From Phycisphaerales bacterium (lineage in GTDB: Bacteria; Planctomycetota; Phycisphaerae; Phycisphaerales; UBA1924), in contig OZ245777.1 of the NCBI GenBank assembly GCA_965227775.1, positions 1,152,001-1,216,000 of the forward strand: a DNA stretch of 64,000 nt, written 5' to 3'. Made by a program: the position numbers and the translations under genes. The notes beneath the pieces are model-generated. The model did no database searches. It saw only the letters and a list, made by a program, of their open reading frames with translations, and was not told the DNA's origin. Shown piece by piece: positions 62,886-64,000 of this stretch (its first letter is position 1; every line of letters begins with the position of its first letter).

Positions 62886-63641
62886 CTAGTGGGCCCTGCC
62901 CTGGGCTGCGACCGCCGCCTGGGCCGCCTCGACCTCGTCTTGATCGCCTAAGTATCTGTTGGATATGGGCTTAAGGTCGGCGTCCAGCGTGTACACCAAC
63001 GGAACGCCCGTCGGGATCTCCACGCCCATGATCTCGCTGTCGGATATCTGGTCCAGGTGCTTCACGAGCGCCCGAATGCTGTTGCCGTGGGCTGAGATCA
63101 ATAGCCGCTCGCCGGCCTTCACCCTTGGGGCGATCTCTCCCTCCCAGCAAGGCAGCACCCGCTCGACCGTGTCCTTCAGGCACTCGCCCGCCGGCAAGTC
63201 GGCCGCGGCGAGCCCGGCATATCTCGGATCGCCCCCCGGCAGCCGCTCGTCGCCGGCCTCGAGCGGCGGTGGGGGAACGTCGTAGCTGCGCCGCCAGATC
63301 TTGACCTGGTCCTCGCCGTGTTTCTTGGCGGTCTCGGCTTTGTTGAGGCCCTGGAGTGCCCCGTAGTGCCGCTCGTTCAACCGCCAGTGCCGCTCGACCG
63401 GCAGCCACATGCGATCGAGACCGTCCAGCACGATCCAAAGTGTTCGGATCGCCCGCTTGAGCACGCTGGTGTAGCAACGGTCGAAGTCCAGCCCCTCGGC
63501 TCGGATCAGGTCCGCCGCCTTCGCCGCCTCACCGCGGCCCTTCTCGCTCAGGTCGACGTCGGTCCACCCCGTGAACCGATTCTCGGCGTTCCAGACGCTC
63601 TGGCCGTGGCGGATCAGCACCAAGGTATGGGTCGTGCTCAT
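62886..63641 (-). CDS. gpmA: 2,3-bisphosphoglycerate-dependent phosphoglycerate mutase
   Basis: [42 protein letters not shown]. Confidence 0.98.
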   Translation of the reverse strand: MSTTHTLVLIRHGQSVWNAENRFTGWTDVDLSEKGRGEAAKAADLIRAEGLDFDRCYTSVLKRAIRTLWIVLDGLDRMWLPVERHWRLNERHYGALQGLNKAETAKKHGEDQVKIWRRSYDVPPPPLEAGDERLPGGDPRYAGLAAADLPAGECLKDTVERVLPCWEGEIAPRVKAGERLLISAHGNSIRALVKHLDQISDSEIMGVEIPTGVPLVYTLDADLKPISNRYLGDQDEVEAAQAAVAAQGRAH

Positions 63642-63739
63642 GGCGTCAGGTTAGCAATCCAACCGAGGCGCATCCCCTCCGACCAATCTCTCCTACGTCG
63701 CGCCCGGAGGGCTCCACCCGAGGAATCGAGTCTTCCCAA

Positions 63740-63813
63740 CACCCCCGCCTGGATTCGAACCAGGGACCTGCGGATTAGAAGTCCGCTGCTCTATCCAGCT
63801 GAGCTACAGGGGC
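63740..63813 (-). tRNA. tRNA-Arg (anticodon UCU)
   Basis: Reverse complement GCCCCTGTAGCTCAGCTGGATAGAGCAGCGGACTTCTAATCCGCAGGTCCCTGGTTCGAATCCAGGCGGGGGTG has a D-arm, anticodon arm GCGGA-CTTCTAA-TCCGC and T-loop TTCGAAT. CCA is not encoded. Confidence 0.97.
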
Positions 63814-64000
63814 GAGCCCTCAGAGGTCGCAAGGCGGTGGACCACGCTCTTGGCCGGCCGGGGCTCGTGCGGAGCCGCATCACGCCTGAGGAGCGAAATA
63901 GTACACCCGCAGTCGCGGCATCACGCTTTGGGTAAGTCACCCCTTGCATCAGCGGTGTCACCCGGCACGGCCGAGTGCAGTCTCATGCAAGCACCCGCAC

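Noticed and set aside
63740..63813. tRNA-Arg as the attachment site of an island
   Set aside because: I saw no integrase and no duplicated tRNA 3' end, and the gene downstream of its 3' end is housekeeping gpmA.

Overview
GC-rich bacterial chromosomal segment, most likely from a Phycisphaerales planctomycete. This is inferred from the C-terminal 'GC-type dockerin' modules, an H-X9-DG prepilin, the groEL-groES-groEL-dnaJ-grpE order and a DUF1800/DUF1501 pair. From left to right it holds: a sensor kinase-STAS-PilB/GspE operon (truncated at the window edge); an orphan nuoA; a chaperone operon, acpS, glnS and a GT2-methyltransferase fusion; four secreted proteins sharing a 55-aa Cys-bracketed dockerin-like tail around an H-X9-DG pseudopilin (a fifth copy lies at 34-36 kb); an NRAMP-like transporter, a K+ channel and KtrAB; a lipoprotein tricorn protease; DUF6159/1501/1800; ctaA divergent from an alternative complex III (actABCDEF, probable actG) plus sco-caa3 oxidase operon; thyX; a tandem pair of unknown 2-TM paralogs; a TlpA thioredoxin; gpmA; and tRNA-Arg(UCU). 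No CRISPR, integrase or transposase was seen. The best candidate for an undescribed system is the dockerin-tagged surface-protein cluster with its pseudopilin, its PstS/DING-like cargo and a four-hairpin intergenic element. Other candidates are a shared palindromic operator in the respiratory locus and the orphan 2-TM paralog pair. All calls come from reading motifs by eye; no database searches were run.
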